This document shows positions 22,162-32,700 of a DNA stretch of 64,000 nucleotides, one piece after another (positions within the stretch are counted from its first letter, which is position 1; the number at the start of each line of letters is the position of its first letter). Source of the DNA: Pseudoxanthomonas suwonensis. Lineage in GTDB: Bacteria > Pseudomonadota > Gammaproteobacteria > Xanthomonadales > Xanthomonadaceae. The stretch is taken from assembly GCA_030535605.1 (NCBI GenBank), contig JAUNRQ010000003.1, positions 26,875 to 90,874 on the forward strand, given 5' to 3'. The notes under the pieces were generated by a model, which ran no database searches, had not been told where the DNA came from, and was given only the letters and a program-made list of their open reading frames with translations. A program made the translations under genes and the position numbers.

Positions 22162-23025
22162 TCAAGGCGTGTCCGGCAAGGGCTCGGTGGTGGTCGGATT
22201 GCTGTCATCCACCGGTTGGAAGCCCTGCTGCGGGACCGGCTGTGCTTGCCCGGCCGGCTCAGCGGTCGGCGGCGGCGCCACCGGGGTGGCATCGGCGGCG
22301 GGTGCCGGGGCCGGCTGCGGCACCGGACCACGGCGCGCCTGCGCGGTGTTGCTGGCTTCTTCCAGCAGATCGCGGAACGCCACCACGGCGGCGGAGGGCG
22401 GCTGCGGGTGGCGCGCCTCGAACACCATGCGCGGGGTCACGTCACGGCCGTACACCGCCTCGTTGGCGCGGTGGTCGATCGACAGCACCGCGCCGTCCAG
22501 CGCAATGCCGGCGAACAGGCCACGCGCCCGCGACCACGACCAGATTTCCGCCTGAAGTTGTCCGTCGGTGGCGGTGGACGCGTTGCGCCCCACCGGACCG
22601 GCGGCGACACCGGCGTCGGCACCCAGGGTGAACTTGCCATTGACGATGTCGTCCAGACCACGCGGACTGCGGAAAACCAGCACCACGTCGGCCGACTGCA
22701 CGCCGGCCTGGAAACCGATGCTGCCACCGGTGAGCGTGACGAAGCTGGGGTTCGACCAGGTGCCATCGGCGGTCTTCACCGCCATGACGCCATGACCACG
22801 GCGCCCCGCGAACAGCAGGCCGGCCTTGACCGTGTCCGGCACCACGACGATGGCGTGGGCGTCATCGATCAGGCGGTCGGGGATGGCCGCTTCGGGGATA
22901 CGCTGGATCTCCTGCATCACCCGCACCGCGTTCTGCGCGCGCGCGTCCTCGCGCGGGCCGGCGAAGGCGGGGGCGGCGGCGATGGCCAGCGACAGCACGA
23001 GCGGGGCGAGGCGTCGAACGGACAT
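22162..23025 (-). CDS. Secreted SYLF (Ysc84/DUF500) lipid-binding domain protein with Pro-rich C-terminal tail
   Basis: 287 aa. Signal peptide (LSLAIAAAPAFA). SYLF-like core (FTLGADAGVAAGPVGRNASTATD). Confidence 0.8.
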   Translation of the reverse strand: MSVRRLAPLVLSLAIAAAPAFAGPREDARAQNAVRVMQEIQRIPEAAIPDRLIDDAHAIVVVPDTVKAGLLFAGRRGHGVMAVKTADGTWSNPSFVTLTGGSIGFQAGVQSADVVLVFRSPRGLDDIVNGKFTLGADAGVAAGPVGRNASTATDGQLQAEIWSWSRARGLFAGIALDGAVLSIDHRANEAVYGRDVTPRMVFEARHPQPPSAAVVAFRDLLEEASNTAQARRGPVPQPAPAPAADATPVAPPPTAEPAGQAQPVPQQGFQPVDDSNPTTTEPLPDTP

Positions 23026-23276
23026 GGACAGGTTTCCTTGGAATGGTGCGATTCGGTGGATGCATTTTCAGGCTAGTGACGGGCGGATGAATCGGCGGTG
23101 AGTTGCGGCGTACCCGCGCGCGCGTTTCGGACCGGCCGCGGCGTGGCGTGGCGAGGTCGCGTCGCGACGGCGGCGGACACTTCGAATGTGCGTCCACGCA
23201 GCGGCCGTGACCCCGGCCACTGCCCCGGCGCCAGGCGAATGGCGCATCATGCGCCACCGCTCCACGAAGCCGCTGC

Positions 23277-24515
23277 ATGTCCACGGTCCTGACCGGCCGC
23301 TCGCGCAAGGCGGCGCTGGCCTTCATCTTCATCACCGTGCTGATCGACGTGCTGTCCTTCGGCGTGATCATCCCGGTGCTGCCGCATCTGGTGCAGGCAT
23401 TCGTCGGCGGCAAAACCGACACCGCCTCGTACTGGATCGCGCTGTTCGGCACCGGCTATGCGCTGATCCAGTTCTTCGCCGCGCCGGTGCTGGGTGCCTT
23501 GTCGGACCGCTACGGCCGGCGCCCGGTGATCCTGCTGTCCTGCTTCGGATTGGGGCTGGACTTCATCCTGATGGCGCTGGCACCGAACCTGGCCTGGCTG
23601 TTCGCCGGTCGCCTCATCGCCGCGGTCACCTCGGCCAGCTTCACCACCGCCAATGCCTACGTCGCCGACGTGACCCCGCCGCAGACCCGCGCGAAAAGCT
23701 ACGGGATGATCGGCGCGGCCTTCGGGCTCGGCTTCATCATCGGCCCGGTGATGGGCGGGGTGCTGGGCGACATCGACCTGCGGCTGCCGTTCTGGGTGGC
23801 GGCGGGCCTGGCGCTGCTGAACGTGCTCTACGGGCTGTTCATCCTGCCCGAATCGCTGCCGCCGGAGCGGCGCAGCGCGCGACTGGACCTGTCGCATGCC
23901 AACCCGATCGGCACCATCCGCCTGCTGCGCAGCTACCCGCAGGTGTTCGGGCTGGCGGCGGTGATGTTCATCGCCAACCTCGCGCACTACGTCTACCCGA
24001 GCGTGTTCGTGCTGTTCGCCGACCATCGCTACGGCTGGGGACCGCGCGAGGTGGCATGGGTGCTGGGCGTGGTCGGGGCGTTCAGCGTGATCGTCAACGG
24101 GCTGCTGGTCGGGCGCGTGGTCCGGCGCATCGGCGAGCGGCGCACGCTGTTGTTCGGCCTGGCCTGCGGCGCCCTGGGGTTTTTCGTCTACGGCATCGCC
24201 GGGGCCGGCTGGCTGTTCCTGCTGGGAATGCCCGTCACCGCCCTGTGGGCGCTGGCGGGCCCGGCCACGCAATCACTGGTGACGCAGCAGGTCGGCAGTG
24301 ACGTGCAGGGCCGCATCCAGGGCTCGTTGATGTCGCTGGTGGCCCTGGCCGGGATCATCGGCCCGACCCTGTTCGCCGGCAGTTTCGGCTGGTTCATCGG
24401 GCCGCAGGCACCGGTGCACCTGCCGGGCATTCCGTTCCTGATCGCCTCGGTGCTGCTGGTCGCAGGCTTCGTCGTGGCCTGGCGTCACGCCCGCCTGTCA
24501 TCGCCACCGGCATGA
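23277..24515 (+). CDS. MFS transporter, TetA/TCR-like efflux family
   Basis: 412 aa, about 12 TM. MFS motif [16 protein letters not shown]. Confidence 0.9.
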   Translation: MSTVLTGRSRKAALAFIFITVLIDVLSFGVIIPVLPHLVQAFVGGKTDTASYWIALFGTGYALIQFFAAPVLGALSDRYGRRPVILLSCFGLGLDFILMALAPNLAWLFAGRLIAAVTSASFTTANAYVADVTPPQTRAKSYGMIGAAFGLGFIIGPVMGGVLGDIDLRLPFWVAAGLALLNVLYGLFILPESLPPERRSARLDLSHANPIGTIRLLRSYPQVFGLAAVMFIANLAHYVYPSVFVLFADHRYGWGPREVAWVLGVVGAFSVIVNGLLVGRVVRRIGERRTLLFGLACGALGFFVYGIAGAGWLFLLGMPVTALWALAGPATQSLVTQQVGSDVQGRIQGSLMSLVALAGIIGPTLFAGSFGWFIGPQAPVHLPGIPFLIASVLLVAGFVVAWRHARLSSPPA

Positions 24516-24525
24516 TCGGCGGGCC

Positions 24526-25353
24526 ATGCGCCGACGCCCGCTCCCCATCACCATCTCCACGCTGGCCATTGCGGTCAGCCTCGCGGCCTCGCCCGCGCTG
24601 GCGGTCGACAGCGAGCCGCGCGAACGCACCATCTACCGCTGCCTGCGCGATGGCACGGTGAGCCTGTCGACGGCACCGGAGCCCGGATCGCGCTGCGAAC
24701 CGCGCACCATCCGCGACGAACCCGGCAAGGCGCCGAACCTGTGGGGTGAACTTGGCACGGTGCGCGGCACGTTGTACGAACGCGAGCAGGACGGCAAGAC
24801 CGTTTACGGCACCCGCAAGCTGCCCGGCTCGCGCCCGCTGCTGCGCTTCACCCAGCAGACACCGGAGGCACCGCCAGCCTCGCCGGCGCATGCGGGACTG
24901 GGCCGGATCGGCCCGCCGCAACTCGGCCCGCACGCCGCGCTGTTCCGCGCCGCCGCGCGCCGGCACCGCATCGACGATGCCTGGCTGCGTGCCATCGCAC
25001 ATGCCGAAAGCGGCTTCGACCGGCTGGCGATTTCACCCAAGGGCGCGCTGGGGGTGATGCAATTGATGCCGGAAACCATCGCCCGCCTTGGCCTGACCGA
25101 CGCCATGGATCCGGCCCAGTCCATCGACGCCGGGGCCCGCCACCTGGCCATGCTGCTGCGCCAGCACAAGGGCGATCTCACCCTGGCCGCGGCCGCCTAC
25201 AACGCCGGCAGTGGCGCGGTGGCGCGCTACGGCGGCGTGCCGCCGTATGCCGAAACCCGCGAATACGTCGCCAAGGTCGCGCTGCTGCATGCGCGTTATC
25301 GCGAAGCGATGAAGCTGCCACCGCTGAATGCGCCGTTGCGGGTGGCGCAGTAG
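24526..25353 (+). CDS. Lytic transglycosylase (SLT domain) with N-terminal secreted domain
   Basis: 275 aa. Signal peptide. Catalytic AHAESGFD, plus GVMQLMPET and AAYNAGSGAV motifs. Confidence 0.88.
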   Translation: MRRRPLPITISTLAIAVSLAASPALAVDSEPRERTIYRCLRDGTVSLSTAPEPGSRCEPRTIRDEPGKAPNLWGELGTVRGTLYEREQDGKTVYGTRKLPGSRPLLRFTQQTPEAPPASPAHAGLGRIGPPQLGPHAALFRAAARRHRIDDAWLRAIAHAESGFDRLAISPKGALGVMQLMPETIARLGLTDAMDPAQSIDAGARHLAMLLRQHKGDLTLAAAAYNAGSGAVARYGGVPPYAETREYVAKVALLHARYREAMKLPPLNAPLRVAQ

Positions 25354-25395
25354 ATCGGTTCAACGTGCGCCGGCCGTGGACGCCGGCCACGAGGC

Positions 25396-26616
25396 TCAGC
25401 CCTTCGGCAGCAGCTTCAGCAGGCGGCCACCCTCGCCGTCCTCCAGAAGCCACACCGCGCCGTCCGGACCCTGCTGCACCGCGCGGATGCGCTTGCCCAT
25501 GACGTAGCGTTCGACCTCGCGGGCCCGTTCGCCGTCGATCTGCACGCGCACCAGCGATTGCGAGGACAGGCCTCCGATCAGGAAGTTGCCCTGCCACCGG
25601 GGAAACAGCGCGCCGGTGTAGTGCAACAGGCTGGACGGCGAGATCACCGGGGTCCAGGTGATCACCGGTGCCTTGAACTCCGGGCGGGCGTCGTGGTCGG
25701 GAAACGGGGTGCCATCGTAATGGTCGCCGTTGGAGACGATCGGGTAGCCGTAGTTCTCGCCGCGCACGATCAGGTTCAGCTCGTCGCCGCCCTTGGGACC
25801 CATCTCGTTGTTCCACAAACGGCCCTGCGCGTCGAAGGCGATGCCCAGCGGGTTGCGATGGCCCAGCGTCCACACCTGCGCGGCGACGTCACCCTGGCCG
25901 GCGAAGGGGTTGTCCGCCGGCACGCTGCCATCCGCGTGCAGGCGCAGGATCTTGCCCATGCTCGAGGCCATGTCCTGCGCGGGGTCGAACTTCTGCCGAT
26001 CGCCGGAACTGATGAACAGGTACTGGCCATCCGGCGAGAACAGCAGGCGATGGGCGAAATGGCCGCGGCCGGTGACCTTCGGCACCTGGCGCCAGATCAC
26101 CGCCGCCTCGTTCAACGTGCCGCCGCCGTTCGCGTCCAGGTCCAGGCGCGCGGTCGCGACCGCGGCGCCCCGCGTATCGCCGTCACCGGCCTCGGCATAG
26201 CTGAAATAGACGGTGTGGTTGTCGGCGAAGTCCGGGGCCAGCGCGATGTCGCCGAACCCGCCCTGGCCACCGTGCGCCACTTCCGGCACCCCGGTGACCT
26301 TGCCCACCGCGCCGGTGTCGAGATCCACCAGCCGCAGGTCGCCAGGCTTTTCCGTCACCAGCAAGCGACCGTCGGGCAGGAAGGTCATCGCCCACGGTTC
26401 GTTGAAGCGTGCGTGTGCGGTGGCGGTGAATGGTGCATTGGCGGGAACCTCGACCGGCGTGCCCGCTTGCGTGCCGGCTCGGGTGGCCGCGGATGCCGCC
26501 GAGGCTTCGGTCTGCGTGGATGGCGCCGCGGCAGCAGCTTGCGTGGCGCCATTGCTGTTGCAGGCGGCGAGCAGCGCGACGCCGAGGACGGCGAGGGTCA
26601 AGTGGCGCAAATGCAT
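25396..26616 (-). CDS. PQQ-dependent soluble sugar (aldose/sorbosone) dehydrogenase, YliI-like
   Basis: 406 aa from ATG 26616. Lipoprotein-type signal (VALLAACNS). [11 protein letters not shown] and [12 protein letters not shown] motifs. The track ORF is over-extended into antisense of the next gene. Confidence 0.88.
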   Translation of the reverse strand: MHLRHLTLAVLGVALLAACNSNGATQAAAAAPSTQTEASAASAATRAGTQAGTPVEVPANAPFTATAHARFNEPWAMTFLPDGRLLVTEKPGDLRLVDLDTGAVGKVTGVPEVAHGGQGGFGDIALAPDFADNHTVYFSYAEAGDGDTRGAAVATARLDLDANGGGTLNEAAVIWRQVPKVTGRGHFAHRLLFSPDGQYLFISSGDRQKFDPAQDMASSMGKILRLHADGSVPADNPFAGQGDVAAQVWTLGHRNPLGIAFDAQGRLWNNEMGPKGGDELNLIVRGENYGYPIVSNGDHYDGTPFPDHDARPEFKAPVITWTPVISPSSLLHYTGALFPRWQGNFLIGGLSSQSLVRVQIDGERAREVERYVMGKRIRAVQQGPDGAVWLLEDGEGGRLLKLLPKG

Positions 26617-26738
26617 GCGGTCGTTCCTCCGGAAGGGGTGGTCGGTTCGCGGCCGTGCGGATCCTCCAGCAGAGGTAGGAATTCCTACCGCATCCCCGGA
26701 ACGGCCCGGCGCACGCGGCAAGTGTCGCAGACCGTCCG

Positions 26739-28025
26739 CTAAGCCGACGTGTCCGGCGGTGGTGCGGGCTCGGCCGCGCCCGGCACGTCTGTCACGTCTG
26801 CCGTGTGTTTGGCGACGATGCCCGTGGCCGCGACGTCCGCGGTGACGTTCCCCAGGGTGGCGAAAACATCCGGGATGGTGTCCAGCGCCAGCAGCACGCC
26901 CAGCGGCTCCACCGGCAGCGCCATCGATTGCACCACCGGCATGTTGGTGGCCATGAAGCTGACCTGCCCGGGCAGGCCGACCGCGCCCATGCTCACCACC
27001 ACCGCCAGCGCCGCGCCCATCGCCATCTGGCCGGCGGTCAGGTCGATGCCGTAGGCCCAGGCGATGAACGCGGCCACGCCGATGTACTGGGTCGGGCTGT
27101 TGATGCGGAACAGCGACACCGCCATGGGCAACACCAGCGACGTCACCGACAGCGGATAGCCCAGGCGCACCCGCGCCGACTCCACCATCGCCGGCAGGCT
27201 GGCCAGCGAGGATTGGGTACTCGCCGCAATCGCCTGCGCCGGCGCCACCGCCTTGGCGAAGCGTCGCACCGGCTCGCCGGCGGCAACGCGGGCAATCACG
27301 TACATCAGCAACGTCGCGCCGAGGTAGATGATGCACATGCCGATGATGTACCAGGCCAACGCCTGCAGCATGTGCAGCCCGACCCGCGCGGTCACCGCCA
27401 GCACCAGCGCGAAGACCCCCAGCGGCGCCGCCCACAGCACCCAGCGGACGATCACGATCATCACTTCGCCGATACCCTTGATCACGTTCATCAACGTGGC
27501 CTTGAGCTCGCCCTCGATGCGCGAGAGCGCGAAGCCGAAGAACAGCGAAAACACCACCAGCGGCAGCATCGCGTTGGCCGCGGCGGCGGCGATGGCGTTC
27601 GTCGGCACCAGCGCGGCAATGCGCTCGCCGACGCCTGGCAGGGTGACATCCACGACTTCGCCGGCCGACAGTGCGCTGCGCAGGGATTCCACCATCGCCG
27701 GGTCACGCGGCATCAGCCCGAACAGCAGCGGGGCGAACACCGCGGCGAACGCCGCGACCAGCGAAAGCACCACCACGAACACGATCAGCGCATTGCGCGC
27801 CACCCGTCCGGACGCGGCCGCTTCGCTGGCGGCATTGATGCCCAGCACCACCAGCGCCGCCACCAGCGGCACCACCGTCATCTGCAGCGCGTTGAGCCAG
27901 AGCCGGCCGATCGGCTGGAAGAACCCGGCCGCGGCTTCCGCCGCCGACGGGCTGGCCACCGCCAGCACCAATCCGAGCAGGGCGCCGGCACCCAGTGCCA
28001 GCAGTACGCGCATCGTCATCGACAT
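26739..28025 (-). CDS. Dicarboxylate/amino acid:cation symporter (DAACS family)
   Basis: 428 aa from ATG 28025 ([14 protein letters not shown]...). Multi-[18 protein letters not shown] and [18 protein letters not shown] resemble the conserved DAACS segments. Confidence 0.9.
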   Translation of the reverse strand: MSMTMRVLLALGAGALLGLVLAVASPSAAEAAAGFFQPIGRLWLNALQMTVVPLVAALVVLGINAASEAAASGRVARNALIVFVVVLSLVAAFAAVFAPLLFGLMPRDPAMVESLRSALSAGEVVDVTLPGVGERIAALVPTNAIAAAAANAMLPLVVFSLFFGFALSRIEGELKATLMNVIKGIGEVMIVIVRWVLWAAPLGVFALVLAVTARVGLHMLQALAWYIIGMCIIYLGATLLMYVIARVAAGEPVRRFAKAVAPAQAIAASTQSSLASLPAMVESARVRLGYPLSVTSLVLPMAVSLFRINSPTQYIGVAAFIAWAYGIDLTAGQMAMGAALAVVVSMGAVGLPGQVSFMATNMPVVQSMALPVEPLGVLLALDTIPDVFATLGNVTADVAATGIVAKHTADVTDVPGAAEPAPPPDTSA

Positions 28026-28380
28026 CCAACAGCCTCCGCAAACAACAGTCAGACGCAGGGCGGCCGGCCTGCACGGCTTGGCATCCAGTCCGAGGCAATG
28101 CCTCCCCGTGACGACATCTGTCGCACGTGCAGCACGCAGCGGGGTCCGGCGCATCGCCGCACGGTCCCCTCCCGTGCCGAACTATGCCGCAAGCGACGGG
28201 TCGGGTCGATGTGCAACGCCACACAGGCAGCAATGCGCGCGCCTAGAACAAAGCAGGCACCGCGTGGTTAATCCCCCGTAAAACGCCTTTTTCGCGCCGC
28301 AGTGGCGGTTCATGCATGACCGTGCAGGGTACGCACCGTGGTCTGGAGGCCACGCACATTCCCCCCAAGGAGAGCTCTCC

Positions 28381-28758
28381 ATGAACAGCAAGATCATGAT
28401 GTCCGCATTGACCCTGGCCCTGGCCGCCCCGCTGGCCTTCGCCCAGCAGCCGCCGCAAGCGCAGGACGCGCAGCAGGCCGAACAGCAAGGCCAGCAGGCC
28501 AGTGGCCAGATCACCTGGGAGCAATTGGACGCCGATGGTGACGGCAACATCAGCCGCGAGGAGGCCACCCGTTCCGAAGGCCTGAGCGGCGTGTTCGATG
28601 CCGCCGACGGCAACAGCGACGGCAACCTCACCATCGAGGAATACCGTGCCTACGCCGAAGCTCAGGCCAACCCGCAGCCTGCGCAGCAGGCCTCGCAGGC
28701 CGAACAGCCGCAACCGCAGCCGGAGCCGGAGCCGGAAGAAGACCCGACCGGCGAATAA
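28381..28758 (+). CDS. Secreted EF-hand calcium-binding protein with Gln/Pro-rich flanks
   Basis: 125 aa from ATG 28381 (RBS AAGGAG upstream). Signal peptide ALAAPLAFA. Two EF loops, DADGDGNISREE and DGNSDGNLTIEE. Confidence 0.8.
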   Translation: MNSKIMMSALTLALAAPLAFAQQPPQAQDAQQAEQQGQQASGQITWEQLDADGDGNISREEATRSEGLSGVFDAADGNSDGNLTIEEYRAYAEAQANPQPAQQASQAEQPQPQPEPEPEEDPTGE

Positions 28759-28783
28759 TCGTTTCCCTGCGAACGGCTTCGAC

Positions 28784-28812
28784 AAGGGCGGCGCAAGCCG
28801 CCTTTGTCCTTT
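28784..28812 (+). terminator. Intrinsic terminator after the EF-hand gene
   Basis: Stem AAGGGCGGC / GCCGCCTTT with GCAA loop, followed by a T-rich tail GTCCTTTG. Confidence 0.55.
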
Positions 28813-28883
28813 GTGGCCGAAGCGCTTGTGCGCCGGTGCGCCGCACACCTGGCTCCAACCATGCCCGCCCCTACAATGGCCCG

Positions 28884-29618
28884 ATGCACCCCGGCGACGA
28901 CTCCCCCATCGGCATGGTCGGCTTCGATGCCGACGACACCCTCTGGCGCAGCCAGGACTATTTCGAAGACGCCCAGCGCCGCTTCGAGGCCATCCTCGGC
29001 CAGTACATCGACGTCGACGGCATGGCCGCGCGGCTGTATGCGGTCGAGAAGCACAACATCGCGTTCTTCGGCTACGGGGTGAAGGGCATGGTGTTGTCGA
29101 TGATCGAGGCCGCGGTGGAGCTGACCGACGGCCGCGTCAGCAGCCGCGATCTCTCGCGCATCGTCGAGATGGGCAAGGAGCTGTTGCGCCACCCGGTGGA
29201 ATTGCTGCCGGGAATCACCGAAGCGGTCGCCGCGATCGCCGCCGAGCTTCCGCTGGTGCTGATCACCAAGGGTGACCTGTTCCACCAGGAGGCCAAAGTC
29301 CGTGACTCGGGGCTGGCGCGATTCTTCCCGCGCATCGAGATCGTCAGCGAGAAGGACGAGGCCACCTACGCGCGACTGTTTCGCGAGTTCGACATCGACC
29401 CTCGGCGGTTCGTGATGATCGGCAACTCGCTGCGTTCGGACATCGTGCCGGTTCTGGCACTGGGCGGCTGGGGTGTGCACATGCCTTACCACCTGACCTG
29501 GGCGCATGAACGTGACGCGGCGATGGGCGATGACACGCGGCGCTTTCGCAGCGTGGACTGCCCGGCACAACTCGTGCAGGCCGTCGCGGACATCCGTGCG
29601 GGAACCCTCGCCGGGTGA
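28884..29618 (+). CDS. HAD-superfamily hydrolase
   Basis: 244 aa from ATG 28884. Motif I MVGFDADDTLW (DxDxT). Confidence 0.85.
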   Translation: MHPGDDSPIGMVGFDADDTLWRSQDYFEDAQRRFEAILGQYIDVDGMAARLYAVEKHNIAFFGYGVKGMVLSMIEAAVELTDGRVSSRDLSRIVEMGKELLRHPVELLPGITEAVAAIAAELPLVLITKGDLFHQEAKVRDSGLARFFPRIEIVSEKDEATYARLFREFDIDPRRFVMIGNSLRSDIVPVLALGGWGVHMPYHLTWAHERDAAMGDDTRRFRSVDCPAQLVQAVADIRAGTLAG

Positions 29619-29755
29619 ACCCCGACTGCACCGGCATGCAACCGGACCTGACCGGATCCGGGCACGGTGAGCGCGGATTGCATGAAGGTTCACGGTACAC
29701 GCGGCAGGGTTGGAGTCATCCCGCAAGGGACCGACTGCCGATACAGGAGACCGCC

Positions 29756-30169
29756 ATGACCAGCACCCGTCCCCTCACCGCCCCCGGCCGCCTGCTGGCG
29801 ACCGCCGGGTTGGCCGCCGGCCTCGGGCTGGCGATGTTCGCCGCCCCGGCGCCGGCACACGCGCAGGACCCCATTGCCCGTGTCCTTGTGGACATCGCCG
29901 ACGTGGTGTTCCGCGGTGGTGATCCCTACTACCGTCATGGCCGTTACAGCCGCGACGACCGTCTGGTGATGGAACGCGACCGCTACGGTCGACCGGTGTA
30001 CTACCGCCATGCGCCAGCGAGGTATCGCGGCAGCCCGCCCCGCGGCGTGGCCCACGGTTACTGGCGCAACGGCCCCGGCGCGCGCAGCAACACCAAGTGC
30101 AACCGCAACGGCAAGTGCAAGGTCGAGTACTACGATCCGCGTTACGACCGCAATGGTCGCCGTCGCTGA
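29756..30169 (+). CDS. Secreted Arg/Tyr-rich small protein, unknown function
   Basis: 137 aa from ATG 29756 (RBS CAGGAG). Signal peptide ending APAHA. Mature part is rich in R/Y/G/D (RYGRPVYYRHAPARYRG...). Confidence 0.6.
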   Translation: MTSTRPLTAPGRLLATAGLAAGLGLAMFAAPAPAHAQDPIARVLVDIADVVFRGGDPYYRHGRYSRDDRLVMERDRYGRPVYYRHAPARYRGSPPRGVAHGYWRNGPGARSNTKCNRNGKCKVEYYDPRYDRNGRRR

Positions 30170-30195
30170 TCGCCCGGCATTGTCCGGATGCAAGA

Positions 30196-30230
30196 GGCCA
30201 CCGCAAATCGATTGCGGTGGCCTTGTTCGT
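30196..30230 (+). terminator. Intrinsic terminator
   Basis: 11-bp perfect stem GGCCACCGCAA / TTGCGGTGGCC with a 5-nt loop, followed by TTGTTCGT. Confidence 0.6.
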
Positions 30231-30344
30231 GGTTCGTGGTCGGTGACGCAGATCCGGTGCGGTGAGGGCGTGGCGGGAAAACACCTGAAAACACCCGGTC
30301 CACGGTGACGGCACCTCGCGCGGGCCGCCGCAGGACAAGAGGCT

Positions 30345-30566
30345 TCAGTCCGATGTGATCAGGTTGGCGGCATCGGCACCGGCCGGCAATTCCTGCAGCG
30401 TGCGATCCAGATCGGCGCTGACGCGCGCGGTCAATGCGTTCACGCCCCAGTGCCAGGCCAGCAGCACCAGCACGACCGCTGCGGTGACGATGATCGCCAC
30501 GCGCAGCCGCGCGCGGGAAAGCCGTGCATCGCGGGGATGTCCGGGAGTCGATGGTGGGCTGTGCAT
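30345..30566 (-). CDS. Hypothetical single-pass membrane protein
   Basis: 73 aa from ATG 30566 (GAGGAA 8 nt upstream). One TM helix (VAIIVTAAVVLVLLAWHW). Confidence 0.45.
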   Translation of the reverse strand: MHSPPSTPGHPRDARLSRARLRVAIIVTAAVVLVLLAWHWGVNALTARVSADLDRTLQELPAGADAANLITSD

Positions 30567-30743
30567 GGCGAGGTTCCTCATGTCATGGCAGCATCGCGTG
30601 CGCCGACACTCTGCCGGCCACGCACCGCCGACGTTACGCTGAACCCCGTCACAATCTCGTGCACGCGCACGCGCTGACTTGACTGACCTTTGACCACGGC
30701 GGGGCAATCATCCGCACACGCACAACGATCCCGGAGCTCACCG

Positions 30744-31382
30744 ATGAGGTATCTGATCCCGACCACCTTGCTGGCCTTGTCCGTCGCCATCGGCTGCGGC
30801 AGGGCGGCAGCGCAGGATGCGCCGATCAACTGGACCCCCCGCACCGGCGATGTCTGGATCGACGAATACCTCGGCGACATGAATGCCTACGGCATCCGAC
30901 ATCGCGACAGCTTCGTCGACGAGATGGTGCGCTATTACGGCGCGCCACGTGCACTGGTCACCGAGCTGCTGGTCGGCCAAGGCTGGGCGCCGGGGGATGT
31001 CTACTACGCCTGCGCCATCGGCCAGATCATTGGCCGGCCATGCCGGTACGTGGTCGATGAATGGAACCGCGACAACGCTCAGGGTTGGGGTGTGGTGGCG
31101 CAGCGACTCGGCATCAAGCCCGGATCGGAGCAGTTCCATCGGTTGAAGCGCGGCTTCGTGCCGACGTACGACCGCTGGGCGCGACCGATCCATCTGGATG
31201 ACGAATTGCGGCGCCACTATCCGAACCGCGGCAATGCCGGCGATCGTGGCAATGCGGGGCGCCGCAGTGACAGCAATCGCGGACAGGGCCAGTCGCGGAA
31301 TCGCGGACAGGGCAATCGGGGCCAAGGCCAGCCGCAGAATCGCGGTCAGGGCAAGCGCGGCAACCCGGGGCGCGGCGACTGA
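30744..31382 (+). CDS. Secreted protein with C-terminal N/R/G/Q-rich repeat tail, unknown function
   Basis: 212 aa from ATG 30744. Signal peptide with Cys (LSVAIGCG). C-terminus NRGNAGDRGNAGRRSDSNRGQGQSRNRGQGNRGQGQPQNRGQGKRGNPGRGD. Confidence 0.65.
   Translation: MRYLIPTTLLALSVAIGCGRAAAQDAPINWTPRTGDVWIDEYLGDMNAYGIRHRDSFVDEMVRYYGAPRALVTELLVGQGWAPGDVYYACAIGQIIGRPCRYVVDEWNRDNAQGWGVVAQRLGIKPGSEQFHRLKRGFVPTYDRWARPIHLDDELRRHYPNRGNAGDRGNAGRRSDSNRGQGQSRNRGQGNRGQGQPQNRGQGKRGNPGRGD
31275..31352 (+). repeat. Imperfect in-frame tandem DNA repeat (AATCGCGGACAGGGC core, three copies)
   Basis: The core occurs at 31275, 31299 and 31338 (third copy has one mismatch). It encodes the NRGQG units of the CDS above. 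Confidence 0.6.
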
Positions 31383-31497
31383 CGCCACTGACCGACTCCC
31401 GGCATCGCCACGACTTGCGCCACGTGCCGATGGACGGGTGGATGCGTTGCAAGCAACACCGGCCGTGTCGCAACCCCACACCGGCAGCCGCTTTCAG

Positions 31498-32700
31498 TCA
31501 CCCGGCCTCGGCTGGGCCCACGCCTCGGCGCAGCAACGCCAGCAATGCCTCGGCGATGACCTGCTCCTCGTCGGTCGGCAGCACGCGCACCGCGACGCGG
31601 CTGTGCCCGGCATCGATCCGCCGCTGGTTCGCGGCGTTGGCGCTTGCATCCACGGCTACGCCAAGCCACGCCAGGTGCCGGCAGACGTGCGCGCGAACCT
31701 CCGGCTGGTGCTCGCCGATGCCGGCGGTGAACACCAGGCCATCCAGCCCACCGAGCGTGTTCGTCAGTGCCGCGACCTCGCGTGCCACGCGGAAGCAGAA
31801 CAGGTCGATGGCCTGCCGCGCCTCCGGGGCATCGCTGGCCACCAGTTCGCGCATGTCGGCACTGATCCCGGACACGCCGAGCAGGCCGCAGTCGTGATAC
31901 AGCCAGCGCTGCAGGCTTTCGGCATCCATGCCCTGCTGGATCAGGTACAGCGGCACACCCGGATCCAGCGCGCCCGGACGCGTGGCCATGGGAATGCCAT
32001 CCAGCGCGGAAAACCCCATCGACGTGTCCCGGCTGCGGCCGTCGTGCATCGCGCACAGGCTGGCGCCGCTGCCCAAGTGCGCCACCACCACCCGTCCGCG
32101 CAGCAGCTCCGGTTCGTCGCGACGCAGCGCATCGGCGATGCATTGGCAGGACAGGCCGTGGAAGCCGTAGCGGCGCACGCCGGCATCATGCAACGCACGC
32201 GGGATGGCCATGCGCGTGACGTGCTCGTCGTGGCCGTGGTGGAAGGCGGTGTCGAACAATGCGGCCTGCGGCAGCGACGGGCGCGCCTGGCGCAAGGCGT
32301 GGATGATGCGCAGCGCGGGTGGCTGATGCAGCGGCGCCAGCGGTGCCAGCTTGTGCAGCTCGCCGAGGATCTCCGCGTCCAGCCACAGCGGCGCATGCAG
32401 GTGCGGCCCGCCATGGACCACGCGATGGCCGACCGCCTCCAGCGGCAAGCCGCCCAGCTGTTGCTGCAAGGCCCGCAACGCGGCATCCATCAACGCGGCC
32501 ATGTCCTCGCCATCCAGCCATGGCAACGGCAACGCCACCTCGCCGGCATCGCTGCGCCAAGCCAGCTGCAACGGACGGCGCCGCAGGTCGATCAGGCCGC
32601 GGCCCAAGCGTCGCGGACCGTCGACGCCGCGCTGGTAGGCACCCAGCTTGAGGGTCGAGGAGCCGGCGTTGCAAGCCAGCAACAGGCCGCCGTCACTCAT
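31498..32700 (-). CDS. ackA: Acetate (short-chain acyl) kinase
   Basis: 400 aa from ATG 32700. LLLACNAGSSTLKLGAY N-terminal ATP-binding motif. ATGA overlap with the upstream Pta-fusion gene. Confidence 0.92.
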   Translation of the reverse strand: MSDGGLLLACNAGSSTLKLGAYQRGVDGPRRLGRGLIDLRRRPLQLAWRSDAGEVALPLPWLDGEDMAALMDAALRALQQQLGGLPLEAVGHRVVHGGPHLHAPLWLDAEILGELHKLAPLAPLHQPPALRIIHALRQARPSLPQAALFDTAFHHGHDEHVTRMAIPRALHDAGVRRYGFHGLSCQCIADALRRDEPELLRGRVVVAHLGSGASLCAMHDGRSRDTSMGFSALDGIPMATRPGALDPGVPLYLIQQGMDAESLQRWLYHDCGLLGVSGISADMRELVASDAPEARQAIDLFCFRVAREVAALTNTLGGLDGLVFTAGIGEHQPEVRAHVCRHLAWLGVAVDASANAANQRRIDAGHSRVAVRVLPTDEEQVIAEALLALLRRGVGPAEAG

